Below the pieces are notes generated by a model. The model was given only the letters and a program-made list of their open reading frames with translations. It was not told the DNA's origin and did no database searches. A DNA stretch of 43,903 nucleotides from a virus (taxonomy: Duplodnaviria > Caudoviricetes), in IMG/VR virus record IMGVR_UViG_3300027271_000001, positions 1 to 43,903 of that record. The stretch is one strand, 5' to 3'. The stretch's first letter is position 1. Every line of letters starts with the position of its first letter. Below, in pieces: positions 34,234 to 43,903 of the stretch. The translations under genes and the position numbers were made by a program.

Positions 34234-34655
34234 CCGATGCTTCCATCGGCTACCTTTCCGAGTTTCGGCTTGGCGATGGTGGCTCACCTGAAACCTTTAC
34301 CGCTGTCGCGGAAGTTTTCAGTATCACGCCGCCGAGCGATACGGTGGATGTGGTCGACGCCACGCACATGCTCAGCCCCAATCGGACGCGCGAGTTTATT
34401 GATGGTCTGATCGACCCCGGCGAAGCCTCGTTCGAAATGAACTTCATCCCTGGCGGTGATGGTGATGATGCCATCCAGGCGTGGAAGGCTGCCGGTGGCG
34501 CGAAGACGTGCCAGATCAAGTACCCGAACGGCGTCACATGGACATTCACTGGCATCCTGACCGGTTATGAGCCGACCGTGCCGGTTGATGATCGCATGAC
34601 GGCCACGGTAACGCTCAAGGTGACAGGTTCCTACGTTACTGGCCTGGAGAGCTAG
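34230..34655 (+). CDS. Major tail tube protein
   Basis: SITPP...DATHMLSP...EFIDGLIDPGEASF...MTATVTLKVTG. Confidence 0.9.
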   Translation: MTDASIGYLSEFRLGDGGSPETFTAVAEVFSITPPSDTVDVVDATHMLSPNRTREFIDGLIDPGEASFEMNFIPGGDGDDAIQAWKAAGGAKTCQIKYPNGVTWTFTGILTGYEPTVPVDDRMTATVTLKVTGSYVTGLES

Positions 34656-34658
34656 CAC

Positions 34659-35018
34659 ATGGCCAATCCACATCGCGGGCAAGTCGCCATAACCGTTGGC
34701 GACTTGGAGCTCACGCTGTCATTTTCAGTCAATGCGATCTGCGAGTTGGAAGATGCTCTCGATCTTCCAGTATCCAAGATCGCAGAGAAACTGAATGACC
34801 CCGAAAACTTGCGCATGTCGCTGGTTCGCACCGTGATCTGGGCGGCCCTGCAGGATTCGCATCCAGAGATTGACATGCAGACGGCCGGGAATATCGCAAC
34901 CGTGGCCGGCACTGCGAAGATCATGGAGAAGGTCGGAGAGGCCTTTCAGATCGCATTCCCAGATGCTCAGAAGGGCGGTGCATCACGCCCTCGGCGGGCG
35001 CCAGCAGCGAAGATATAG
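34659..35018 (+). CDS. Tail assembly chaperone (gpG-like)
   Basis: MANPHRGQV...LSFSVNAICELE; between tail tube and tape measure genes. Confidence 0.85.
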   Translation: MANPHRGQVAITVGDLELTLSFSVNAICELEDALDLPVSKIAEKLNDPENLRMSLVRTVIWAALQDSHPEIDMQTAGNIATVAGTAKIMEKVGEAFQIAFPDAQKGGASRPRRAPAAKI

Positions 35019-35314
35019 ACTGGCTGGCGCTGCTCACGTCATGGGTAGAGGCAGGGCAAGAGCCTTCCCTTTTCTGGTCTCTCACGCTTCGCGAAATCAA
35101 CGCCATCCTAGCCGGTTGCGCAAATCGACTGAAAAGGCAACGGAACGAGAGTGCCTGGATGAGCTGGCATATCGCCGCCATGACGCGGGTGAAGAAAATG
35201 CCAAAGCTCAAAGACTTGATGGCGGGCGAGAAGAGGCCGCCACGTCGGCAATCAATCGATGAGCAAATCGCTATCGCCAAGCAATGGACGATAGCCCTTT
35301 CCCGAAAGAGGTAG
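34988..35314 (+). CDS. Tail assembly chaperone extension (gpT-like), -1 frame, no own start
   Basis: IDWLALLTSWVEAGQEPSLFWSLTLREI...KKMPKLKDL; stops 4 bp before the tape measure gene; absent from the ORF track. Confidence 0.8.
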   Translation, partial: PSAGASSEDIDWLALLTSWVEAGQEPSLFWSLTLREINAILAGCANRLKRQRNESAWMSWHIAAMTRVKKMPKLKDLMAGEKRPPRRQSIDEQIAIAKQWTIALSRKR

Positions 35315-35317
35315 AAC

Positions 35318-37168
35318 ATGGCCGGATCGTCCGTAATTGGCGCCCTGCGCGTTAACCTCGGGATCGACAGCGCACAGTTCCAGACTGGCCTCAAGCAGGC
35401 ACAGACCGGCGTTGAGCGCTTTGCAAAGATCGCGAAGACCGGACTGCTCGCTGCCGGTGCCGCCGCGACGGCTGCTGCTGGTGGCTTGGCCGTAATGGTA
35501 AAAGGTACGATCAACAGCGCCGACGAGATGGCGAAGGCCAGTCGGAGCTTCGGGGTTCCCATCGAGGAACTGTCGCGCCTCAGATATGCGGCCGATCTTT
35601 CGGGTGTTTCGTTCAGCAATCTCGGCAACTCGCTGCGTACGCTGAACAAGAACGCCTATGACGCATCGAACGGGACAGGTGCCGCAAAGGATGCATTTGC
35701 GGAGCTTGGCGTCAGTGTCGCGAATGCCGATGGCAGCCTGAAATCTGCCACCCAGCTAATGGGCGAAGTAGCTGACGCGCTCCAGAACGTCGATGACGAG
35801 ACGCGCAAGGCGGCACTGTCAGGCAAAATTTTCGGAGAGCGGTACGGTCCGCAGCTCGCATCGCTTCTGGCTGGTGGCTCAGAGGGGATCAACAAGCTGA
35901 CCGCTGAGGCCGGAAAGTTCGGCCAGGTGTTCACCGAGGAAATGGGAGCGAACGCCGAGCAGTTCAACGACAACATTTCCCGCCTTACCGGTTCGATTGG
36001 AAGCCTGGCGGCGAGCATCACGGCATCGATCCTTCCGGCCCTGACGCAGTTCAGTGATTTCGCGGTGTCTGTCGCTGCTGGGTTTAGTGAACTCGACCCG
36101 GCAATTCAGACATTCATATCGTCTGGCGCCGCTCTCACGGCTGGTTTGGCGGCACTGGCGATCCCGCTGGGCGCCGTTGCTCTCGCAATCGGGGCAATAG
36201 GTGCGCCGGTGATCGCCGTTTCCGCTGCCATCGCGGGACTGACCGCCGCTGTGGTTGCGTTCTATCCCCAGATCAAGGCGGTCGATGCCGCCGTCATGCA
36301 ATGGGCGCGAAACTTCGATGCTGCGTTCCTCGAGATGCTGAACGCCGCCAAGACGAAGACAGCGGAGATCATCGCATCGGCGGGCGCGTTCGCTTCTTCA
36401 TTCCTGCAGAAGTTTGTCGACTTGCATGTGCAGATGTACGAGATCGGCGTTCAGATCATGCAGGGGCTGTGGAACGGCATCAAGTCGATGTTCGGGACCG
36501 TCACTGAGGGGATTGCGAGTGTCGGCGCCAGCATCCGTGATCGCCTCAAGGGGCTTCTCGGCATTCACTCTCCCTCGACGGTTTTCCACGAGATCGGTGT
36601 GAACATCATGCAGGGCCTCGCCAATGGCATGAACAGCATGGCGAGCGGCGTCACGGATATTGCCGGTTCTGCCGCCGATGGAATCACGAGCTCGTTTGAA
36701 GGAATCGGCTCTGGCATTGCAGAGGCGATCAAGGGCACCAAGGAGTGGAAGGACGTGGCGCTCGACGCGATCCGCTCTGTCGCTACCTCGATCCTCTCCA
36801 ACATGAACTTCGGTGGCGGCATCTTCGGCGGGCTGTTGAAAGGTTTGCTTGGTGGGTTGGTTGGTTTTGCCAATGGCGGCTCGTTCACAGTGGGCGGTGC
36901 TGGTGCGGTTGATAGCCAGCTCGTTGCGTTCAAAGCTACCCCAGGCGAGACCGTCGATATTCGGAAGCCCGGTCAGGATATGGGCGGCGGCGGGGCGCTT
37001 GATGTCCGCGTCTCCATGGACCGCAACGGCAATCTGCAAGCCTACGTGGAGCAAACCTCTGGCCGCGTTTCTGCTCAAGTGGTGCGGGCCGCTGCCCCTG
37101 GCATCATCGAAGGATCGACACAGGCCACACAGGCCGAGTCCCGTAATCGTCCAGGCTTCTTCCGGTAG
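35318..37168 (+). CDS. Tape measure protein
   Basis: IGALRVNLGIDSAQF; Ala/Gly-rich helices; LGIHSPSTVF; FANGG. Confidence 0.92.
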   Translation: MAGSSVIGALRVNLGIDSAQFQTGLKQAQTGVERFAKIAKTGLLAAGAAATAAAGGLAVMVKGTINSADEMAKASRSFGVPIEELSRLRYAADLSGVSFSNLGNSLRTLNKNAYDASNGTGAAKDAFAELGVSVANADGSLKSATQLMGEVADALQNVDDETRKAALSGKIFGERYGPQLASLLAGGSEGINKLTAEAGKFGQVFTEEMGANAEQFNDNISRLTGSIGSLAASITASILPALTQFSDFAVSVAAGFSELDPAIQTFISSGAALTAGLAALAIPLGAVALAIGAIGAPVIAVSAAIAGLTAAVVAFYPQIKAVDAAVMQWARNFDAAFLEMLNAAKTKTAEIIASAGAFASSFLQKFVDLHVQMYEIGVQIMQGLWNGIKSMFGTVTEGIASVGASIRDRLKGLLGIHSPSTVFHEIGVNIMQGLANGMNSMASGVTDIAGSAADGITSSFEGIGSGIAEAIKGTKEWKDVALDAIRSVATSILSNMNFGGGIFGGLLKGLLGGLVGFANGGSFTVGGAGAVDSQLVAFKATPGETVDIRKPGQDMGGGGALDVRVSMDRNGNLQAYVEQTSGRVSAQVVRAAAPGIIEGSTQATQAESRNRPGFFR

Positions 37169-37174
37169 GCGCGA

Positions 37175-37912
37175 ATGTCATTCCCTCTCAAGACCATCGA
37201 TCTATCGGACAGCATTTATCGCGTTCAATCCGGGACCTTCGGTCTGGTCCCCGACAGCGAAATGTTCACGTCGGCATGGGGCGCAGCCTTTCGAGTGAAC
37301 GGCCCTCGCCATATGCGTTGGTCTGCTGAGCTGGAAATGGCTCCGCAATATGACGATGGTGCAGAGGACCGCAGGTTCAGCTGGGACATTACGATTGCCC
37401 GTATGATGGGCGGCTATGTCGGAATGAGGCTATATCACCCTCTGCATGACTATCCGCGGGGATATGGGGCTGGCATTTATCGCCCGCGTGATGACCATGA
37501 CAGCCTCGGCGGCGAGTACCTGATCGACGGCAGCTATCATATCGATGGTTCCTATCACATCGATGGTGGGTCGACGCTCGCTTATGTCGATGAAGATGCG
37601 CCGCGTTATGCCGATAGCATCGTCATGAATAGCCTTTGGCCGTCGGTGATGGTGTTCAGGGCAGGGGATCATTTCAGCACTGGTGGCAATCTCTACATGG
37701 TTGCCGACGACTGCGAATCCGATGCGAACGGCAAATGTCGCGTGCCGTTCCTCTGGAAGCTTTGGAAACCGGCATTGGTTGGTGATCGGATCGATCTTCG
37801 CCGGCCTACCGGGCGCTTTGTGCTGTCTTCGAAAGACGTTGGCATGCAGCAGCACAACCTTATTTTCGGGGCAACCTCCCTAAGCGCGGTGGAAGTGCCC
37901 CATGTCGACTAG
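37175..37912 (+). CDS. Distal tail protein-like
   Basis: Position after the tape measure gene; beta-rich; internal YxIDGS repeats. Confidence 0.6.
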   Translation: MSFPLKTIDLSDSIYRVQSGTFGLVPDSEMFTSAWGAAFRVNGPRHMRWSAELEMAPQYDDGAEDRRFSWDITIARMMGGYVGMRLYHPLHDYPRGYGAGIYRPRDDHDSLGGEYLIDGSYHIDGSYHIDGGSTLAYVDEDAPRYADSIVMNSLWPSVMVFRAGDHFSTGGNLYMVADDCESDANGKCRVPFLWKLWKPALVGDRIDLRRPTGRFVLSSKDVGMQQHNLIFGATSLSAVEVPHVD

Positions 37913-38486
37913 GTATCGCCGCTGGACGCTCGACCAAGTGCTCCGCTCCGGCAACGTCACGGATGTGGTGCTTGTGAAGCTCGATCACACGGACGGGCCG
38001 GTCTATCTCTGGAATGGCCTCGGGCTGCTCGACCATGACGGGGTGGAATGGCAGGGCGTGGGCCGGCTCGGATCGGTCAAGCTCGGCGCGGCAGATACCG
38101 AAGTGAAGATCAACGATGTGGTGTTCACGCTTTCCGGTATCGATGAGGAATATGTTTCCTACCTCGACAGCACTGTGAAGGGGTCCAAGGGATGGGTCTG
38201 GAAAGCCTTCATGGGGCCTGACTATCAGGTGCGCTTTACCGAGCTTCTGACTGAGTGCGAACTGGATCAGCCATCCTTTTCCATTGAACCGAATGGCACC
38301 GCCTCCATGACGGTGGCGGCAAATGGTGGCTTCTACTTCCTCGAAATCCAGTCTCGCGCCTATTGGGACACGGAAGAGCATCGCAACTACCTGACCTCGC
38401 TTGGCCTCGATCCCGACAGCGATACAGGCTTCGACATGATGAGCCAGTTGAAGAATCTCACCCTTGCCTGGGAGCCGCCAGATTGA
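37902..38486 (+). CDS. Minor tail protein
   Basis: YLWNGLG...WQGVG.LG; TLSGID; DTGFD. Confidence 0.7.
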   Translation: MSTRYRRWTLDQVLRSGNVTDVVLVKLDHTDGPVYLWNGLGLLDHDGVEWQGVGRLGSVKLGAADTEVKINDVVFTLSGIDEEYVSYLDSTVKGSKGWVWKAFMGPDYQVRFTELLTECELDQPSFSIEPNGTASMTVAANGGFYFLEIQSRAYWDTEEHRNYLTSLGLDPDSDTGFDMMSQLKNLTLAWEPPD

Positions 38487-38881
38487 GCCCGCTGGAACTC
38501 TACTGGAGCCGATGCGAGGGCAGGATCGTGTTCGGTTTCAACGATTGCTGCATGGTCGTTGGCGACGTGATCCTGGCGGCCGGCGGGCCGGATCTGATGG
38601 CTCCCTATCGTGGACGCTACAAGACAGCTATCGGCTTTGCCCGCGCCTTCAAGCGGCAGGGTTTTGACACGTTGCAAGATGCCTGCCTCGCGCAGCTGGA
38701 GGAATATGGTGAGGCGGTGGACGCGCCAAGGGATTTCGATGTGGCCATCGTGAGCTATCAGGGCCACACCGGTCCGGCGGTCTCGCCTGCCTTCTACCAT
38801 GGTGGCTTTTGGTGCCTGCGCTCGGAGGACGGGATGTTTGTCTCGCAGGGTTCTCCCGAAACGATCTGGAGAGTTATCTAA
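38483..38881 (+). CDS. NlpC/P60-like tail-tip protein
   Basis: FGFNDCC...G.DLMAPYRGRYKT; TTGA coupling. Confidence 0.7.
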   Translation: MSPLELYWSRCEGRIVFGFNDCCMVVGDVILAAGGPDLMAPYRGRYKTAIGFARAFKRQGFDTLQDACLAQLEEYGEAVDAPRDFDVAIVSYQGHTGPAVSPAFYHGGFWCLRSEDGMFVSQGSPETIWRVI

Positions 38882-40413
38882 TGCCCGGTCTTGGCGCCTC
38901 TCTGGCCTTCTCCCTGATTTTCGGCCTTGGCATTACGGGCGGCGCGGCGGTGACCGCGATCACAACGGCGGGCGTCATTCTCGGCTATGCCGCACCCCTG
39001 GCGCTGGCCATCGGCTCGCAGGCCTATCAGTTGAACAAGGCTCGGAAGAATATCTCGCCCACAAACGACCCGAATGGCATCCAGCAAATTCTCAAGCAGA
39101 GCATCCCGCCGCAGCGCCTCATTCTCGGACGGGCCACCACGGGCGGCGCTCTGTTCTTCTACCGGGCAAAGAAGCCTTACATCTGGTACGGCATCTTGCT
39201 CGCGGCGCATGAGGTCGACGGCTTCGAAAACCTGTTCATCAATGGACACACCGTATTCATCGGGCCGGACGGCTTTGCGACTTCCGAGCCGTTCCGTGAC
39301 GGCACGCGCAAATATATCGAGGTCAGCTTCAGGAACGGCACAATCGATCAGGCAATTGACCCGATCATCGCCCGCGACTTCCCCGACATGCCAGCGACCT
39401 TCCGGCAGCGTGGTCACGCAACCATCGTGATCAAGGCGCATTTCGGCTTTGGGGATGACTATGAGGCCAAGGTCGAGGATCACAAGCGCGTCTATGGCGA
39501 TCAGGGTTCGCTCAGCCCGCTTGTCCGCCTGCGCGGTGCACGGATGCCCGATCTCAGGAAACCGGGCGTTTCGCTTGGTGCCCCATCCACATGGATATGG
39601 ACGGACAACGCGCCACTCTGCCTTGCCAAATATCTCACACATCAATGGCCGGATACGCAGCTCATATCGCCCGACCGCCTCGATTGGGACGCATTCATGC
39701 TGGCGGCGGATGAGGCCGATCGGTGGGAGACTTCGAAGGATGGCACCACATTTCACCGGCACACGGTCAACGGTGTGGTGCAATCGACCGACGATCCCTG
39801 GGACGTGATCGAGAATTTCAAGGTGGCTATGGGTGGCCATGTGATCGTGGAGCGGGGAAAGGTCTATCCCATCATCCGCGCGCGCCGCGAACCAAAGGCC
39901 ACCCTTCACCAGAACATGATTGTCGGCGGGCTGGAATACACCTCTGAGCCGCGCGACCGGGAATTGGTGAATATCGTCAAGCCGACCTTCGTTTCGCCGG
40001 AACGCGAGTTCCAGGAGGTGGAAGGCCCGACACTGCGCCGCGAGGACCTGATTGTTATCGACGGGAAGCCACGCGAAAGCAGCCTCCGCGGCGCCTTCGT
40101 GGAGGATCACCGCCGCATTCAACGGTTCGCCCAGGCGCAGCTTAATTGGGCGAGGGATGGCCGCACGCTTAGCGTAGGCGCCACGATGGAGGCGCTTTCA
40201 TGGACGGTGGGCGAGGTCTATCGCGTTCACCTTCTTGGTGCTCTGGCCCGCGTGAATGGGCTTTATGAACTCGTTTCCAAGGATTGGGATGACCGCATGG
40301 GCGGCTACAAGCTGCATTTCATCGGATACGACCCGGCTGCGACCGATTTCGATCCGCAGGACGAGCAAGATTTCACCATCGATGAAGACGTGTTGGAGGC
40401 AGAGGCCGCATGA
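38881..40413 (+). CDS. Tail tip/hub protein (gpJ/Tal-like)
   Basis: PQRLILGR..TGG; WTDNAPLCL; NGVV. Confidence 0.75.
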   Translation: MPGLGASLAFSLIFGLGITGGAAVTAITTAGVILGYAAPLALAIGSQAYQLNKARKNISPTNDPNGIQQILKQSIPPQRLILGRATTGGALFFYRAKKPYIWYGILLAAHEVDGFENLFINGHTVFIGPDGFATSEPFRDGTRKYIEVSFRNGTIDQAIDPIIARDFPDMPATFRQRGHATIVIKAHFGFGDDYEAKVEDHKRVYGDQGSLSPLVRLRGARMPDLRKPGVSLGAPSTWIWTDNAPLCLAKYLTHQWPDTQLISPDRLDWDAFMLAADEADRWETSKDGTTFHRHTVNGVVQSTDDPWDVIENFKVAMGGHVIVERGKVYPIIRARREPKATLHQNMIVGGLEYTSEPRDRELVNIVKPTFVSPEREFQEVEGPTLRREDLIVIDGKPRESSLRGAFVEDHRRIQRFAQAQLNWARDGRTLSVGATMEALSWTVGEVYRVHLLGALARVNGLYELVSKDWDDRMGGYKLHFIGYDPAATDFDPQDEQDFTIDEDVLEAEAA

Positions 40414-41663
40414 CGACGCATCTTGAGCAAGCCTTTCCCCTCAACACCAATTGGCCGGCAGCAAACGTCCGTTCCGAGGTCGCGCAGGGCATTGTCGGTG
40501 TGTTCGACACGCCCGATCTTTCCGGCGAGGACTTCACCATCCAGCCTTATGCGGCGATTGGCGTCTATGGCCCGGACGGTGACCTGGTCTTCTATGCTTA
40601 TGATGCCGATGACACGACAACGGCAGATGATGGCGGCACGACTTGCATTGTCGTCTCCGGGCGGCGCTACAAGCGTTCTACCGAACTGACGGTGAAGGAC
40701 GCGGCACTGAGTGCGACGACCAGCGCGCAGCCGGCATCGCCAGCGCTCGGGGACACCTACATCGTGCCGGCGGCGCCCTCCGGAACGGACTGGGCCAGTC
40801 AGGCAGAGACCGTCGCCACGTTCACAGCGCGCGGCTGGATTTTCCGTCAGCCTTATGTGGGCATGGTGGTCTATGTCGAGGATGAGGCCACCTTCTACCA
40901 TTACAATGCCGCTGGCGACTGGCAGCAAGGCTTGCCTCCCGGCGCGCTTCCGGATGGTTCCATCGTTCCGATGAAGCTCTTTGAGCCCTTCGGTATTCTT
41001 GTGGTCGAGGATGAGCGCAATGATCCGCCGGGCGGAACCCCGACCACGGGCAGCCTCTATCAGGTCGGCACGTCTCCCACCGGGGCCTTTGTCGGCCATG
41101 TCGGGGAGATCGCGCGGTTCAACGGTGCAGGTTATGATTTCATCGCTCCGAACGAGGGCAACACGATCTACCGCAAGGATGCCTCGACGCTTTTTTCCTA
41201 CCGCTCCGGCGCGTGGGAACTGACCATCGCCACGGCGGTGCTCAAGTTCTTCAAGATGTATGGGCCAAGTGGTAATGTTGCCTATGCCGACAGCACCACG
41301 CCGACAACCGTTCTGGCGGCCGCGAGCCTATCAGGGGCGGTGGGCGATGTTTGGGAAATCCAGATCAGGGACGGCTATATCCAGGCCAGAAGTTTGCAGG
41401 GCGGGACGCAGAAATGGTTTGAACTCGGGATATATGTCGATGCTGAGAGCTCGCCGCGCCATATCATAGCCTCTGTCCAAACAGCGGAAAGCGTACTGAA
41501 CAGCGACAGCGCTCGCGCGGATAGCTTCTACTACATTTCCGTGGATGACGTCGCCACACACACGTTGAGCGTGAAGGCAAGGCGCACAACAGGCGCAGTG
41601 AGCACAGATAGCCGAATTGCCCGCGCCACCATGAACATTCGCCGCCTGACGCCGTCGGCCTAA
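40410..41663 (+). CDS. Tail fibre/adaptor with two DUF2793-like domains
   Basis: PASPALGDTYIV...W...GW.F..P..G and PPGGTPTTGSLYQV...IARFNG.GY.FIAP.EG. Confidence 0.7.
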   Translation: MTTHLEQAFPLNTNWPAANVRSEVAQGIVGVFDTPDLSGEDFTIQPYAAIGVYGPDGDLVFYAYDADDTTTADDGGTTCIVVSGRRYKRSTELTVKDAALSATTSAQPASPALGDTYIVPAAPSGTDWASQAETVATFTARGWIFRQPYVGMVVYVEDEATFYHYNAAGDWQQGLPPGALPDGSIVPMKLFEPFGILVVEDERNDPPGGTPTTGSLYQVGTSPTGAFVGHVGEIARFNGAGYDFIAPNEGNTIYRKDASTLFSYRSGAWELTIATAVLKFFKMYGPSGNVAYADSTTPTTVLAAASLSGAVGDVWEIQIRDGYIQARSLQGGTQKWFELGIYVDAESSPRHIIASVQTAESVLNSDSARADSFYYISVDDVATHTLSVKARRTTGAVSTDSRIARATMNIRRLTPSA

Positions 41664-41751
41664 ACCAAACCTGAAATCACCATCTGCAGAGCATCGCCGC
41701 GCTTTTCACCAGCGCGCGGTAGCCCTTGCGCATATGTGAGGAAACCCACGC

Positions 41752-43893
41752 ATGCCAATCATCAAGCCCTCGACCGCGTTCAAGCAGAGTGCCGATTGGG
41801 TTTCGGCGGAAGTTCGCGCCTACATGAAAGATCAGGTCTCCACGCATGTGGATACCGTGCAGGATGTGCGCGACAATGATTTTGAGAAATCCCGGTTCAT
41901 CTTCGTCAAGTCGCTGGCGGCGACATTCCGCCTCGATCTTTCCTCGGGTGCAGATGACGATGGCATCAATGTCCTGCATGACAACATCGGTCGGCGGTAT
42001 CTGAAGGTCATTGGGACCGGTTTGGGTGGCGTGGATTTCGACGCGCAGGTGGCCGACCTTGCCGGCAGGGCCGCATATGATGATGAGGCCGAGGGCTTCA
42101 AGGTTCTGGTTTCAGATGTTGGTGATGGGCGCGCGGCCATCTATTCAAAAGACAGTGGCGCATCCGCCGATTGGAGTGATCCGGCCTATGTGACAGGGCC
42201 GCAGGGATCGACCGGCGACATTGGCGGAGTGGCATTCCAGTTCGATGACGGGACCGCAGACGCCAATCCAGGTGCCGGCAACATTCGGGCCAACAACGCC
42301 GATCTGTCCGCCGCGACGACGCTCTTTGTCTCCAAGACTAATCGCTACGGCGACGATCTTTCCGCCTTCCTTGCGTCTCTCGATGACTCCACGAGCTCGC
42401 ACAAGGGATATCTCACGCTCACGGCGCCGGACAGCGAGACCCAAGCGACCTTCAGCATCACCGGACTTACAGACGCTTCCGGCTATGTGAAGCTCACGGT
42501 AGGCGGGCATTCAGGGGCAACGTCGTTCGTTGATGCCGAGCGTTTGGCGTTCCAATTCTCTCGCACTGGCAATGCCGGCGATTTGAATGGTGTGACACCC
42601 GGCCCTACCGGCCTCGAACTTCTTGAGGCAGAGACGGAAGGGGATGCGCGGGATGTGTTGGGACTTGGCCATGTTATTACGCTGCAAATGTTCGGCGGCA
42701 TTGCATCTGATGATGAGGCGGATGCGGCGACGAACAAAACCGCCATCGACGCGGCTATTGATCGCGCCGCGCTCACCGGGAACAAAATCCTTGTCTTGGG
42801 CAAGTTTGTCACGAACGGAGCAATCATTGACGCAAACGTCGAATTCGCAGGGATCAACGGATACTCTCAATTCCGCCTGCCGAACGCCAGCACCGATCAG
42901 ATGTTTATTCTATCTGGTGCGGAACTAAAAGTCCGCTTCAACGGGATTACGTTCAAAGACGAGAGCGGTACCAATGCTTCTGGTGAAAACAGGTCTATTT
43001 TTGATTCTGCTTCGCAGGAAGGGGCTGATGTCGCTTTTCACGATTGCGACTTCATTGGCCTAGCCTGCTATGGCATTCAGTTCTACGGCGTTCCGGGTTC
43101 CGGTGCTGAACGAATTTCCGTAACACGATGCCTCTTTAAGGACGGCGTCGAACATTCCGATACGGTCGATAACTGCAAAAATATCATCATCTTCAACGGT
43201 GCAGATGCTTGGATTGACAGCAATGTGTTCGAGCAGCCTGTTCCCTATCTTGCGTATGGAAGAACAGCGATCACGGTAGGCACATTCTCTGGTTTGGGAG
43301 CAACTTATAGCCGCCTTCATATCGCAAACAATTATGTAATTGGATGCGGGAAAGTGAACAATAGCGCAGGCGGCGCGCTTGGTGCTATCGACAACCATGA
43401 GTATTACGAAGAAACCTTCATCTGCAACAATCGCGTTATCTCTCCGGTGTTCGGTGGGATAAGACAAAAGGCTGACAGTCGCCGCCTCATCATCACAGGC
43501 AACATAGTTCGCGATAAAGTTGGGGACGTCTCATCTGCAAGCATTCAGGTCACGCCAGCGCCGTCCAACTCTGTCGGCAGCGATTACATCATCGCAAACA
43601 ACATTGTTGATGGTTCAAGCGGAGATGGGATTGGGTTGTCAAATGATGTTCTCGACGGGAACGTCATTCGATTATCTGTCACAGACAATATCATCAGCGA
43701 CATGGTTGGTTACGGGATTCGAGTTGACGCCTTCAAGGATTGCGTCGTGCGCGGTAACATAATCGACGGAGGCAATGTGTCCTTGATGGGCATATTCTTT
43801 GACGATGCGGAAGGGTCGATTCTTGTCCAAGGAAATACACTTCGAAATCTGCAAAACGCTTCCTCAGCCAATTATGCTATAGTTCTCCGTTGA
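41752..43893 (+). pseudogene. Tail spike / polysaccharide depolymerase (right-handed beta-helix), truncated by IS3
   Basis: N-terminal anchor, then MFGG...D...AIDAAID entry motif and many I.NN/I.GN parallel beta-helix repeats; its stop codon is the TGA of the IS end. Confidence 0.85.
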
Positions 43894-43903
43894 ATAGCCC
43901 CGA
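43808..43903 (+). repeat. Terminal overlap identical to 1-96
   Basis: Exact 96-bp match. Confidence 0.95.

Noticed and set aside
40410-43893. Diversity-generating retroelement or invertible tail-fibre cassette
   Set aside because: No reverse transcriptase, invertase, template/variable repeat pair or flanking inverted repeats seen

Overview
This window is a complete, circular temperate siphophage genome of about 43.8 kb. Bases 1-96 repeat 43808-43903 exactly. The gene content suggests an alphaproteobacterial, probably rhizobial-type host (inference). The head is HK97-type and the tail is non-contractile. Map order: an IS3-family element (84-1302) splitting the tail-spike gene; a secreted glucuronyl C5-epimerase-like moron; the lysis cassette; an intact attP with a tRNA 3'-end core; the integrase; a leftward early/recombination operon; a structured non-coding region; a lysogeny operon (cI, two lipoproteins, a HEPN gene pair); cro and the rightward early operon (C5 DNA methyltransferase, RuvC-like, DnaB); then HNH, terminase, portal, ClpP-type protease, capsid, head-tail and tail genes. 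Most unusual signals: (1) three glycan-modifying genes sit among the head-completion genes, and the sialyltransferase-like one has no in-frame start for its N-terminal motif and appears to need a -1 frameshift from a small post-capsid protein at CGC-CCT, a site also present in the tail chaperone gene; (2) an antisense sRNA and long structured RNA pair with ColE1-like geometry, in a genome with no recognisable initiator or primase; (3) a secreted C5-epimerase-like moron beside the depolymerase spike; (4) no small terminase gene. All product calls come from motif recognition by eye, without database searches.
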